A stretch of 64,000 bases of DNA from a virus. The notes beneath the pieces are model-generated. The model was not told the origin of the DNA. It did no database searches and saw nothing but the letters and a program-made list of their open reading frames with translations. A program made the position numbers and the translations under genes. Positions 37,301 through 46,010 of the stretch are shown here, piece by piece (position 1 is the stretch's first letter; every line of letters begins with the position of its first letter). The DNA is taken from the IMG/VR virus record IMGVR_UViG_3300025151_000024, positions 1-64,000 of that record. One strand, written 5' to 3'.

Positions 37301-40300
37301 CCTGAAGTATTTGTTAACTGTATTCTACCATTAGTTTTTGGGAATCCTAGATAACCTAACAAATCTGTATGTGTTAAATCTTGAGTAGGTGTTGAATCAT
37401 ATGGGTCAGAAAGAACAGCAACTAATTTTTTGGGAGCATGGATATATTCTGAATTAGTTGTCATATGCAATGCTATATTTTTAGCAGGTACAGGATTCCA
37501 AAGACCGCCGTAATATTCTTTTTTAGTATCACTAGAAAAACCAGTTAATCGCCCAGTTGCATCCCCTGTCCCTACCATATGATGACCTAGAGTGAAACCA
37601 CCCTGCCCTACACCTCTATCATCGAAAAAGACACAAACTTCCTCATCAATGGATTCGGGTAGTTTTGTATTATCATTTTCAAACGGTGTACCCATTTGTG
37701 AATAAATAAATCTAATTCTAGATTTTTGGCCTTTGTGATTTTCTAATTCTATTCCGTAAAGTTGTTTATCACCAATTTTTTCGTTGCTAATTTCTGAGGC
37801 AGGTACATAACTTCCATAACTAGTTAATGAAGAATTACCGTATCTTCTAGCAATTGAATTATCACCAGTTCTACCCATTCCCCAATTTCCTGCTAATGGC
37901 TTCCAACCCGGTACTCCCGCTTGTGTTAAACCACCAAAATTAACTCTAGCAAAAGCGTGAGTTCCTGTTCTCAAACCTTCTGTGAAAGTTTGCTCTTTGG
38001 AACTTTCAAAAGATTCTGCATTTACAGAATTGAAGCCTGAGCCACCAGTCGCATTCGATATTGCTCTCAAAACTGGGCTACTGGTATTATCATCTCTAGG
38101 TGCAAAATCAGAATTTACAGATGTTTGGATATCGTTTTCTTCATTAGTTAATTGATGAAGAGTTGTAATTGGGGCAAAAGGTCTTCCATTTTTATCTAAA
38201 GGCATAGGTGCAGGGTGCATATTTTCTCCATCTATTTCATCAGGCTGTCCCCAAAATGAACGCCATCTACCACCATGACCTACAATAAATTCAGGTCTGT
38301 ATGGTGATTGCCCTTTGCTGTTATCTAACCAAACACAAAAATTCCTTCCGCTAGCACCGGGAACTGTGCTGTGTATTACAATCGTAAAACCCTTATTTCC
38401 GTCTGTATCTTGAACTTCTCTTCCAATATGTGCCCTAATGTAACCCATATGTGTGCCTCTATCTTTAGAGGCGAAAGCCCTGTTTTCATCCCACCAAGGC
38501 GCAGGGTCGTGAGCACTACCACCTTCTTGGAAACTAGACTTAGGAGCAGCGGCTTGGTTGATTTTTCTAATTACCTCATTAGCGGCACTTTGAATATTTG
38601 TTACACCCTCTGATTCTCCAACCTCACCCAAATCAATGGTTAATCTTCTTACAAAGTCCATTTGAGTCCAATGTGGTAAATGCTCAAGTCTACTTTCATC
38701 ATGATTAGATAAATCCAAAGTGGTATTTCTTACACCCTTTAGAGAAAGGAAGGCCGGAATTACTCTAGTTCCATCAGGTGTGTCAAAAAAGGTACTAGGT
38801 TCTCTTAATGAGGCATTTGAAGTGCCTACTCTTAATTTCTTTAAAGCAACAACAAAAGAAGATTCAAAACTTCTAATTCTTGAAAATTCATGTTTTACAG
38901 TAGCGAAAACCGATAGTAATGTTTCATCAGATGTTCTACGCTGAATGCTATCCCCAACTGCGTAGTTTTTGTCTCCACCTGAAATTGAATATCCTAGATG
39001 CACATGGTGACCATGAGCCTTTCCGTAAATTGAAGGAGAAGTAGCACCTGCACTAGATGTTGCTAAATTTGCTGGTAATGAGCCGCTTAACGGCGTTAAA
39101 ACATCAGTTCCTATTCTATTCGCAATGTCATGTGCATAAGCAGATTCAATGAATTTAGATTGTTGAGTTGCTCTCAAATATGGATTTTGTGAAGGGAAGC
39201 CGTTCGCTACATCTAATTGAGTTGTAGTCCAAGAAGGACCACCACCAGTAAGAGTTGCTGTGTATTCTGCTAAATCAATCAGAGAACCGTCTTTAACAAA
39301 TTTACGAGGCCATCCAATTTCTGCTGTTGCTGCTGAAGACTGAACTTGCATATGTATATCTTGGAAAGCGATAAACTCTCTATCATGACCTACATCATAA
39401 AGTAAAACTCTAGCATGACCTTCAGCAGCAAGATATGGGTCAAGATAGGCTATTGTTGGTGCTTCGGCAGCAGTAAGACCGAGAGCCTTGTAATTTTCTT
39501 CAATGGTCTTATTGACGTGTTGAACATAATTTCTTGCGGTTTCTAAACAATTTTCCCCAATCAAGAAATTTTCTAACGGTACACTATCTCTTGGCTCATC
39601 CGAAAGTGTGCCTGTGCCCCCAGTAAATCCTTTCCAAACCCGATTTTCGTTTAAAACACCTCTAGATTTAGAAAATAATCCCTCCATCGCATGAGGATTA
39701 TTCAAAGTCATGTTACACCAAATAGTGTCCCCATTCCTTAAACCACCAGCAGCGTAAGGATAAACCCAAGAGCGATTTAAAATTGCATCAGGGTCCTCAA
39801 CAAAGGCATTACTGAATGAAACATATAATTGACAACCAGTGGCAGTAGCGCCAGCATTTGCAGTTAATGTTACAGTGTAATCATTAGAACCTGAAAAATC
39901 TCTAGCACTAATTTCTGAAATTGTTCCAATAGGAGTTAGAGCAGTATAACCTTGAGTACCACCTGTAGCAAAAACATGGTCTCCTACACGTAAGTTCGCC
40001 CCTAGTGTGTTAGAGGTTAGAGGTGTTGTTTCAGTCGAAGTGATAGTCACTGACGTGCTGCCAGCAGTAGAATTGATTCCCCAATCAGTCGCAATTGCAC
40101 AATATGTTTCGTATTCTTCATCAAGAATTGAATCTGCTGCAATTGCACTGATATTAGTTCTGTTGAAATTAATAATCGCTCTACTTCTTCTACTTAGTGT
40201 GATTTGTTTCCCAGCAGCCAGCCATGACGGAACAGTAGTTCCGGTAGCATTGTAAAACCCTAAAGCGATTGTGTTTTCTGCAACATTCTGACTGTCTGCT

Positions 40301-43300
40301 GTTCTTATTCGACCGTAATAATGCAATCTACGGGTAGTACCATCATCATCTAGTTCTATTTCGTAAAGGAAATCTCCAACTGAAAAATTAACTGAAGTGA
40401 GATAATCAAAACCAAAATCAGGGAATAATTCTAACTCTTCGGGTAATAAACTAACTAGAGCAATACCCATTCCATCACTACCGTCATTATCTTCTACTAC
40501 TCCTACAATACTTTGGATTTCACCAGTGGCTCTTTTTGGCTTAATACGGTCAGCGTGAGGGTTACTTTCAGGCCCAGCCTTGAATTCTACAGCGCTAACA
40601 TATTGTCTAAGGCCGTAATCTACATTCCCACCTTGTGTTTGAGCACTAGCAGCGTCATAGTAAAAATTACTTCTATTTTCATATCCTACGCTCTTTGTGA
40701 AAGGTTCATGTCCAATTGGTGCTAATGTTTCTTTAGGGATAGAGCCGCTCATAAAAACGGGTAATCCTATATCATATTCCTCTCTAAAAGCGTCAGTAGC
40801 CCCCCATTTATAGTCAGGAATTCTAAGATATCCATCTGTTGCTGGGTCATTGTCATACAAAGCCCAAGCGCCACTTCTTAGGAAGATTCTTCTAAATCTA
40901 GGAACGTTATCAATAGATTGGTACATATCAGTATAGGCTGTACCCGCAGCAGCGGTATTTGCCGCAGGGAATTGCGTATGGTTAGTGACGTATAATTTTA
41001 GATAATTAGACAAAGAAGTATCAAACCTTTGAGTGATAATCGCATCATTTACAGATTCATCTTTAGAAATTGAATACGAATATGCTTCGTGTTTAGCCCT
41101 GTCAGAATTAAATCCAGCGCCCGGTCTTTTTCCAACTGGAGAAGGATTCCAAGAATGTGCAGTGTAAGTGGCATCAATGTGGAATTTCAAAGAATTATCA
41201 GGACCGGGATGTGTATGTGTTAGAATGTTATCAAAAATTTGTTGTTCAAAAATAGGTATTTCCACCATAGCCCTTGTACTAGCATACTGCGTTCCTAATT
41301 GATAATCATGATTCACACTACTTCCTGACTGAAACATTCTGTCGTTTACAGTCGTTCCATCTGCACTGAAAGAATCTGTACCAAAATGTGGGTCTGCACA
41401 AAGAACGAAAGAAACACTAGTTGCCGTTGAACTAAGCGTTACATTGGATGTTTTCCCAATACCTTTTAGCCAATTTTCAAAAGAAGAATAGACTTTTCCT
41501 ACTGCATCTGTGTATTTTTGCACATTCACACTAGACTCAAGTGTATGCGTGAAAGTTCTAGTTGCGGTGCTGCTTCCTGTAGCGGCATTATTCATAGTCA
41601 AAGTTGTAGCAGAATCAATAGACTCAATGATTGTATTTGCTGGTATTTGAGAGCCGCTAACACTCATACCTACTACTAAATTAGTAGTATCAACACTAGT
41701 TAGAGATGTAGATGTATTAGTTGCTGACGATAAACTGTAAGAATCTGTGAAAGTAAAACTAGTGCCGTTTTTAGAATCGTATAGGGCGTTACTTCCATCC
41801 TCAAGATACACTCTTCCAATTTTTGCAAACCCATAAGTTCCCCAACTAGCCATATCTGTTGAGTTATTATTGATTGGAACTACATTCAAAGTTCCTACAC
41901 TACTAGCATAAGAAACAGATTTGGTATTTACATGGAATGACCTTTGTGTAGAAAACGGATGCCTAGATAGAATACTAGGGTCATAGGTTGGGCGTATATC
42001 GCTACCACCTTGTCCAAGCCCACCAAGAGTTACTGTAACCACTGGTGCATTCGGCTCAATTTCCTTTACCACATGAGAATCAGGGCTTCCCTTACCTGTT
42101 TTTGAAACATTTTGGTTTACAATGTTTTGATTTGAACCGTAACAGGTGATTACTGTCTTCTTCACCCCATCGTCTTCTTTCTCATCAACAGAACTAATGC
42201 GAGCCTTAGACATCAAGAAATACAAAGAAACATTATTTGTTTCGTCAATATCTTCTGCTAAACTTCTCAAACGATACAATTGATTAATTCTTTCTCGATT
42301 TGATGGTTGAATGTAAAATCGTAAATTTGCAGAGGCATTCCCCTCTATCGCTACATTATCTATAACGTCAAACATTTCATGGATTTGGGTATGGCTAGAT
42401 GTTGTTCCTAAATCGAATTCACCATTAGAAGGAGAACTAATTACAGTAGAAGGCTCTCTTCTTGAATAAGTTGTTTTATCATTTAGATTTCTATTCTTAG
42501 GAGATACTCTTTCTAAGAGAATACGATGGAATACGCTGTCATGGTCAGTAGTTGTAGTGTGACTTGCGGTAACTATCTGTGGGGGCGTATTAGGTTGAGC
42601 GGTAGCAACGGAAACTGGAGTATAGTTTGCAGGGGTAAAGGATTCATCTAATTCATCATCGGCTTCATAACCCTCACTTGTATCACCCACTAAATTATGC
42701 GATTTTCCTACAATTGATACCCCATCTGATGTTGGGTTGGCTGCGACATCAATGTACCCACCCGGTGAATAAAGTGTACAATTTGCTATATCTCCATTAA
42801 TAATATCAAAAACAGTACTTCCCCCACCCACAGAAGTTATTCCGGCAGGAATTGTCTTTTCAACCATCAAATACGCATTTTCAGATTCATCCCCCATACT
42901 ATCTCCATTCAAGTCAATAGCGTTATAGTAAACTAAAACGGTAGATGTAAAGCCTGTATAACTAGATAGTGCTGGGCAATTTAGTACTGCTATTCTAGAT
43001 TCTTTACTTGGTCTAATATGGTAATCTCGTGTTTCGGTGTTTATCGCTCCAGCATAGGGAACTGGCCCTTTCAAAACAAAAGGTCTGTAATCAAAATCTG
43101 CTCCACCAATACCAATAAGTTCTCTACTACCTGTTGGTAATCCATTACTTACAATAGCAGCAATGGAAGAAGAATTATTGAAATCTGTAATTCTGTAAGA
43201 ACTAATATTACGATAGACATCAATTCTAGAATTAGGTAAAATTTGATTTTCAATGCCGGGTTGTGTAGTATCATAATTAATCTCTACAATATCAGGGCTA

Positions 43301-44832
43301 CCATCTATTTGTTGGATAACTAATTCTTCATTAGCCTCCGGTAACATTCGCATAAACTCATGACCAGTAACGTGATTTAGTGTATGCCTACCATTATGCC
43401 CTAATCTAAAACTATCATCAACTGAAGTAGGCCACGTTACAGCGAAAGGATTGTTTGTATCGTCAACAGTATTAGCCATTCGACTAGAATAAACAATACC
43501 ATGTTGCTCAAACGGCCCTTCATCTATCGTCATTTGACCTGTTCTATCTATCATTTGTGTAGCGTAATGGAGCGGCTGGTATGGATATCCTGAAGCCCCA
43601 TCAATTAGTAAATCAGCACTAATAATTACGAAATGATTGTCTACAGAAGTTCTTGAATGTAAAACTGGCCTCAAACCGTTCCCAAGAGATGAATTTGCAA
43701 AGTCTAGATGAATACTAGAAACCAGCATATACGGCGTGGTGTCAATATCATTTATCGAATGTAATCTAACTCTTTCAGGGGGTGAAGTGTTAAGGAGTTT
43801 AGTAGAATGGTCGTAAGCACCCGGATTTATTAACAAATTAAACGGTACATGAGGGATACTTCTTGTGTTTGTTGTGCCCGGTGAAGTAACTGCATCTGCG
43901 ACCTTGTAATCTCCACTAGAATAAGTGCTAGATGTGAAATCAATAGTCCCGCTAGAAACAGTCTTTCCAGTTAATTCACTAGCGAGAGTAGCGGCATCAG
44001 CGTTATTTGAAAACAAAATTTTCGTTAATCCACTCACGGTAGAAGTTGAAGAATTAAACTCGTAAACAGTTGTGAAGGGTGAAATCGGCTCTTCAAATCT
44101 ATACAAAGCAACTGTGCCGGAATTTTTCAAAGGTGCACTCCTTTGCACCATCGAATCATCAAATTTTGTAGAAAGATGTAAAGATTCCATTATTCCTCTA
44201 AATTCACCACCTTTTCCACCGATATACATATGCTCTTCACTATGTTGAATATTGTAATCAGGGTTGATTTCTTTCCTAACAACTAACTCACCATTAATGT
44301 AAATAACAGCATCTTTAGGTCTAAGAGCGGCCACAATATGAATTAGAGGTCTATGTTGAAGATTTAGAATAGAGCCAGTATCATAAGAAGAGTTGAATCT
44401 ATTGTAAGGCTCGTGAGGCCCACCAAAATCAGGTGGAGGGTAAACCATACCATCATAACCGTTGGTTTCACTCTCCGCAGTTGAAAGTTTTACCACTTGT
44501 TTTCCATTTGGTCTTTCTAGATGAACTTGGAAAACACAAGGACCGGGTGTATCTACTGTACCTATCTTTAAACTAAACTGGTTTTCTTTTTCGATTATAG
44601 TTCCACCACAATCCGGCATCACCCATGCTTCAATCGTTAAACTACTATTGAATCTATTACTCAAAACTGTGGATGTTTGCGAACCTTTAGGGTTACTAGC
44701 AAGAAAAGTAGAGGCAGTATTTCCATCAGGTGTAGTATCACCTAATTTTGTATTTCTTCCTTGAGGAACAACTACGCTATCGCTCACTCCATCAAACAAA
44801 AGCCCATGAGAAGAAGTAGCGATAATCGGCAT
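28381..44832 (-). CDS. Giant (~5480 aa) virion/tail protein with N-terminal LamG (ConA-like) domain
   Basis: Uninterrupted 16.4-kb ORF; GLLFDG...LTIEAWV...HIVA...IYINGE...YIGG...FRG...ALYRFEE LamG pattern; likely start ATG 44832. Confidence 0.85.
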   Translation of the reverse strand: MPIIATSSHGLLFDGVSDSVVVPQGRNTKLGDTTPDGNTASTFLASNPKGSQTSTVLSNRFNSSLTIEAWVMPDCGGTIIEKENQFSLKIGTVDTPGPCVFQVHLERPNGKQVVKLSTAESETNGYDGMVYPPPDFGGPHEPYNRFNSSYDTGSILNLQHRPLIHIVAALRPKDAVIYINGELVVRKEINPDYNIQHSEEHMYIGGKGGEFRGIMESLHLSTKFDDSMVQRSAPLKNSGTVALYRFEEPISPFTTVYEFNSSTSTVSGLTKILFSNNADAATLASELTGKTVSSGTIDFTSSTYSSGDYKVADAVTSPGTTNTRSIPHVPFNLLINPGAYDHSTKLLNTSPPERVRLHSINDIDTTPYMLVSSIHLDFANSSLGNGLRPVLHSRTSVDNHFVIISADLLIDGASGYPYQPLHYATQMIDRTGQMTIDEGPFEQHGIVYSSRMANTVDDTNNPFAVTWPTSVDDSFRLGHNGRHTLNHVTGHEFMRMLPEANEELVIQQIDGSPDIVEINYDTTQPGIENQILPNSRIDVYRNISSYRITDFNNSSSIAAIVSNGLPTGSRELIGIGGADFDYRPFVLKGPVPYAGAINTETRDYHIRPSKESRIAVLNCPALSSYTGFTSTVLVYYNAIDLNGDSMGDESENAYLMVEKTIPAGITSVGGGSTVFDIINGDIANCTLYSPGGYIDVAANPTSDGVSIVGKSHNLVGDTSEGYEADDELDESFTPANYTPVSVATAQPNTPPQIVTASHTTTTDHDSVFHRILLERVSPKNRNLNDKTTYSRREPSTVISSPSNGEFDLGTTSSHTQIHEMFDVIDNVAIEGNASANLRFYIQPSNRERINQLYRLRSLAEDIDETNNVSLYFLMSKARISSVDEKEDDGVKKTVITCYGSNQNIVNQNVSKTGKGSPDSHVVKEIEPNAPVVTVTLGGLGQGGSDIRPTYDPSILSRHPFSTQRSFHVNTKSVSYASSVGTLNVVPINNNSTDMASWGTYGFAKIGRVYLEDGSNALYDSKNGTSFTFTDSYSLSSATNTSTSLTSVDTTNLVVGMSVSGSQIPANTIIESIDSATTLTMNNAATGSSTATRTFTHTLESSVNVQKYTDAVGKVYSSFENWLKGIGKTSNVTLSSTATSVSFVLCADPHFGTDSFSADGTTVNDRMFQSGSSVNHDYQLGTQYASTRAMVEIPIFEQQIFDNILTHTHPGPDNSLKFHIDATYTAHSWNPSPVGKRPGAGFNSDRAKHEAYSYSISKDESVNDAIITQRFDTSLSNYLKLYVTNHTQFPAANTAAAGTAYTDMYQSIDNVPRFRRIFLRSGAWALYDNDPATDGYLRIPDYKWGATDAFREEYDIGLPVFMSGSIPKETLAPIGHEPFTKSVGYENRSNFYYDAASAQTQGGNVDYGLRQYVSAVEFKAGPESNPHADRIKPKRATGEIQSIVGVVEDNDGSDGMGIALVSLLPEELELFPDFGFDYLTSVNFSVGDFLYEIELDDDGTTRRLHYYGRIRTADSQNVAENTIALGFYNATGTTVPSWLAAGKQITLSRRSRAIINFNRTNISAIAADSILDEEYETYCAIATDWGINSTAGSTSVTITSTETTPLTSNTLGANLRVGDHVFATGGTQGYTALTPIGTISEISARDFSGSNDYTVTLTANAGATATGCQLYVSFSNAFVEDPDAILNRSWVYPYAAGGLRNGDTIWCNMTLNNPHAMEGLFSKSRGVLNENRVWKGFTGGTGTLSDEPRDSVPLENFLIGENCLETARNYVQHVNKTIEENYKALGLTAAEAPTIAYLDPYLAAEGHARVLLYDVGHDREFIAFQDIHMQVQSSAATAEIGWPRKFVKDGSLIDLAEYTATLTGGGPSWTTTQLDVANGFPSQNPYLRATQQSKFIESAYAHDIANRIGTDVLTPLSGSLPANLATSSAGATSPSIYGKAHGHHVHLGYSISGGDKNYAVGDSIQRRTSDETLLSVFATVKHEFSRIRSFESSFVVALKKLRVGTSNASLREPSTFFDTPDGTRVIPAFLSLKGVRNTTLDLSNHDESRLEHLPHWTQMDFVRRLTIDLGEVGESEGVTNIQSAANEVIRKINQAAAPKSSFQEGGSAHDPAPWWDENRAFASKDRGTHMGYIRAHIGREVQDTDGNKGFTIVIHSTVPGASGRNFCVWLDNSKGQSPYRPEFIVGHGGRWRSFWGQPDEIDGENMHPAPMPLDKNGRPFAPITTLHQLTNEENDIQTSVNSDFAPRDDNTSSPVLRAISNATGGSGFNSVNAESFESSKEQTFTEGLRTGTHAFARVNFGGLTQAGVPGWKPLAGNWGMGRTGDNSIARRYGNSSLTSYGSYVPASEISNEKIGDKQLYGIELENHKGQKSRIRFIYSQMGTPFENDNTKLPESIDEEVCVFFDDRGVGQGGFTLGHHMVGTGDATGRLTGFSSDTKKEYYGGLWNPVPAKNIALHMTTNSEYIHAPKKLVAVLSDPYDSTPTQDLTHTDLLGYLGFPKTNGRIQLTNTSGSGNTGLTLYYENRTQNDFNGPHEFYGITSELSSDTSFSNYLISPSLNWTTLVTDELLCAVTAAAINAVDVNEESGVSFDCREMLAADGRTFGEWGVKADSIRIRAFNPNRKIIPISEYFTAEVHQDYGIRAAHLEYGEIEKSLENSAEWAFGTSRAVTDANLDAGRRVDCGYIPMTLLQIKSKSFGPNSNSNSPTLIDSLNEPVNNTFIDTWRKNLNGDNFTKTSGDHILPAIDNPSLFYQGLNSSSNTLTHIYMATSGLNNSIWGFLAPACKDTGTVKSVSEVKTVSFWPGARVTVEGHQGANINSYRTVLTTLIPIAGTQSIELTQAFREGDIDNSSEGVISVKGDLDTTQQIDGIRSIGSVDSPLIVKFSGGRSSADHSVPVFFGGGFSGVVLDVNDGTMNDYSDFYTHPYASGPTGVAGIQNANEIVTSHAILDANAMMAFFPGTPLLNQHRGSLVPPAHNRDNILSPDLDSGAGTINSDHPNSVPYSTNNTVVQKPSPLVLRFAHPTARYEDHVNGTENKTTYIIFGPGQSFPFTQEIADSSSINYNTAQPHPGRVVTAGNGWTSVPEGTFLPNHIENDEGDYMPLSSTYHTARNRFHWRTQLNWETAAGKTIVGVLNQRPESGRMYGQMFVDGGSTANNDDTKRSMPLRHNSLLGFGIATGADMVFHMDGGYHPGGNWMDNQITFNPPHPKSDTILTTWGASSQLHPTAYRVAGPITTKVLDYAASEGALVSSDVDMEYIIVDATRCQNGNELATVLGAAINSFPGAGALKAIGGTHMPSMGNAMRQDRYGWVELDTFESYNNSSAPNYLDFSSSTITTKTALEQIPACGWLKADRSSSTTVPAWASYHSREVFEDSGTWKVRFYLAPNRVSNNAEFESYVTLANPSANPTIGGTDTNLYVWSKAGVHRFNNENASSRDHMCQTHFSGLVDAIDRTRPIGAVGWHGERYSYLNSLKIGTEGYSAGLGAWHSELAFSPYGISSGMLETLSHMPIVAPLARSPESLPPVDGIGSSLMTYINDPYDSSTGVTYTTNNLTYARKDTDDNAPDTLHSKPVHYDITSTLPADLAHPQGLFGHAFLVVASESEFALIAKKDRDGSIAVGDFLISKGVANNKLQYAGTTKWDERFHSQDRFIAPAHAGPNVEALIVDNTALPSYATDLGAYTFHTGSVTDLRLENANPDRAKTGDLITDLDFSLGSKNLESGITTERNVVPEFYTGTAYTSDSDYPDDFWKGDVHAFDLYKRTSALNFSTEHIVWKRMDGGNLSLPALNARGLGAVPWTTRVESDTAYTHGEKIYGNVRFSFETTNSAMFPLIQTQELQQPQLADKHREITGNVLVIPNEEIQFEEISVVDDSGETHIVEGGSPLGTVIRTFRVLDDRGVKGSSPSLANSGNKPALMVSLPDPETIPGNILVRSGFDPIMAHQNETFGSGGVLQANLDETELKHLFDSNDNGGELRLGPTYENLNWEHIDPVSNDSIKTGWVDATENAPLKTTYELHDRTLFFHVTKMGHSHTHRYPTTYTHSNGVENQVLTGSSWNSSTSVLTVNATINTRIYDADFGTKEVSDDRRFIRIYNPTTEESVVASYTGISGTTFTGVVGDVDFTDFIAAQTITDLKIVPSYYMPAGSARFYAAQRMRDHAEVSGASPDMAHTQYFTGVNSDTEAHTIYTKPVLTPMPYPRMGHHFVSATMPMLPGHWAHPAYQSVYRKHLAENSSVKGFRDRELFNEEKTPLSVSSDISSNVTDKMNPLEPEIFFSGMTATPSTPSDIHGGAFTLMFETSVKWDGYGVLGSRGNAGVINKAGGHTVVLEAAKKYSLQHHFPDPREVGAYQIVIQPNLFDSQIIGYHYYNSVQKLTSQQVHTVIGTEYVAAVGALVLYLDEATQADVRGCEVFINEIILDQEPDFGSQFNKIPPLSLFNPFGVEMSESPSFTRRAFPYSKMFSNATPSITLNIPWWSILHKVAPDDSSANGFRHLSQIKLDNYYEVSRSTFGNIGMQLTIAGYPSVYPDIYSHILQNTSLNPKATVVSSTGTTVTVDDASIFPETPYYGQKLEYVDSNGKRRTSDYTRRSGLQNGTVNVANQFTGVSATGFVSNIVDGETVIRLTRAYDTMPSVDIFTKIDKSIFATNLDRLKTGTKDTSNLHIPDAYLCMWHHNLGRPYTFYSDSTRTWNGDTNDRAIDKQSYNSMPEHFETFRYQDAIYGMSLGPFDLKIKTPNSTKDGSVTVANSTHSQAGQDQASNYIMLNRFWPCGSRGGPHSSRPDVFVQAAASWIVPRAYGSDDLYRWYDNTTIGAAYSRTNGITKAKITTGQSYRLPFGYRISLRQAINKPRWGLIPTRAALEDAISGVSATSVGFKAGPLVQIETRTWNEADGGGSKTYPTTYVGIMERLTNFAGQLGTDKYEVQVRRSDGRRMTRPFGSPVRTLRNNNKVERDWWGDEEGKGITRLVEASQYYMVDWWGNTRGEAVRRAPVRGFGIRPAWDCGDAYEYDRTNGRTPYQRVWNNGKPIFNLKNVVNSNGEVSVTTNFTIPRFGGRLNDDNTNLSTILVDVFAPTHALRIGDMGGGRGVRYPTAFNEDLLTEISAPIHTTGMVLSHNTAEPTFGEGLLRPRNDVLQADEIPRGISARLEIAEDGLLKPEAVVSDRVEEISGSSPHKDAVSRSSPRIGIDAETIEGTEKSHIVINTEAHSLHTDRNVGQRTVLHGAYSIGSQSLGYADYTNFSFNNTNGANAGVLKFSHTSNMRPLGGDYILEARNFAGLFDDTGWGVTSLTGSNKTTNPYQDTTTYTADTRRNNDTDKTIQFLVRPVRVLDKNHVEIFRSKFSALKQSDGDYFQGSAGGKYGLFVYNTPSGRTATTNLPDTRAIPNANGPYMPIIYMSTGNDAVPSSMGANLLGTEVTNFNKDTLFNTVCRLVITENTLLHHRSDAPRRKNSELIDYNIKPRFSQSLHPKGHKADVDFGTSDHTGDAA

Positions 44833-44834
44833 AT

Positions 44835-46010
44835 TCAGGCCACCCAATCCGCAGGTAAGAATACCATATTGAACCCATAAACCGACTCACCAGCATCGTG
44901 GGTGATATCTATTTTCTTCATTATACCTTGAATCCCGGTATATTCATCTCCGGTATCAAAAGTAACTCCGGCAGGTAATGTGTTTGCGTCACTAGATTTT
45001 CCAAAAGCACCTTTACCAAGACCAGTAGGCATGAAAAAATTTCTAGCAACATAAGTATCTCCACCAGCACTTATCGTGCTATTATAGGGAATTTGAATAC
45101 CGCTAATAAAATCCCCATCAGATTCTCCAGTTATTCCACTTACAAGAGAAAGCCCACCACTAGCGATTGCGGCCACTAATATGCCTAAACTTTGACCCAC
45201 AGCATCTCCTAAAGAATCTATATCTGTACCGAATTCACGAGTAGAGTTATTCATAATCCCGTAAATATCTGCTACTTTATCTCCTGCACTCTTTTTTGTT
45301 CCATCTACTCCACCTGAAAACGGCTCTATGTAAGAATCATTCCATGAATAATGCCTACTATTAACATCCCATTTTGGATAAGCAGTTTGATTCCCAAGCC
45401 TACCGGCTGTTTTTTGAGTTATCAAAACGGCAGTACCAGTACGATTGGACTGTTCACTAGTTATAGTAGATGCTGTAAATTTTGCAGTAGCATCCGTATT
45501 TATCCAAGATGTTACAGCAGTAGCGAATTGAGCGTCAGTAATATTAGTACCACCAGTTGTTCTTACTACGATAGTATTAGCAGTTCCTGAATCATAACCA
45601 ACACTAGCACCAGTAGTAAAAGCAAGCGAGTACACCGTACCATCAGTAGACTTGAGTTTTAAACGATTAGAAGAGTCTGCTAATAAAGCAGTTATGTAAG
45701 TATTTGCAGCACCAGTTGTTTTTGCCCAATTTCTTCTATCTCCATTTGGTGTATAATAAGAAGAAAAATCAATTAGTGCTGTTGCTGCGGTAGCATCACT
45801 AGTTTTCCTGTCATCAGTAAAAACACCTTCAATAACAATAATTGAGCGATTTTTGTTTAAATCAATAGCATATCTTCTACCCCCACTAACAGGGAGAGGA
45901 GTCACATCCACATCTCTATCAACAGTAAGGGCTATCGAAGTGGCTTCTAATTCGATTAGTTCCTTGTTATCTTTTACAAGGCGAATTGGAGTGCCATTTG
46001 CTTCAGCCAT
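44835..46010 (-). CDS. Putative distal tail protein
   Basis: Directly after the tape-measure-like gene; beta-rich termini with an internal inserted domain. Confidence 0.5.
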   Translation of the reverse strand: MAEANGTPIRLVKDNKELIELEATSIALTVDRDVDVTPLPVSGGRRYAIDLNKNRSIIVIEGVFTDDRKTSDATAATALIDFSSYYTPNGDRRNWAKTTGAANTYITALLADSSNRLKLKSTDGTVYSLAFTTGASVGYDSGTANTIVVRTTGGTNITDAQFATAVTSWINTDATAKFTASTITSEQSNRTGTAVLITQKTAGRLGNQTAYPKWDVNSRHYSWNDSYIEPFSGGVDGTKKSAGDKVADIYGIMNNSTREFGTDIDSLGDAVGQSLGILVAAIASGGLSLVSGITGESDGDFISGIQIPYNSTISAGGDTYVARNFFMPTGLGKGAFGKSSDANTLPAGVTFDTGDEYTGIQGIMKKIDITHDAGESVYGFNMVFLPADWVA

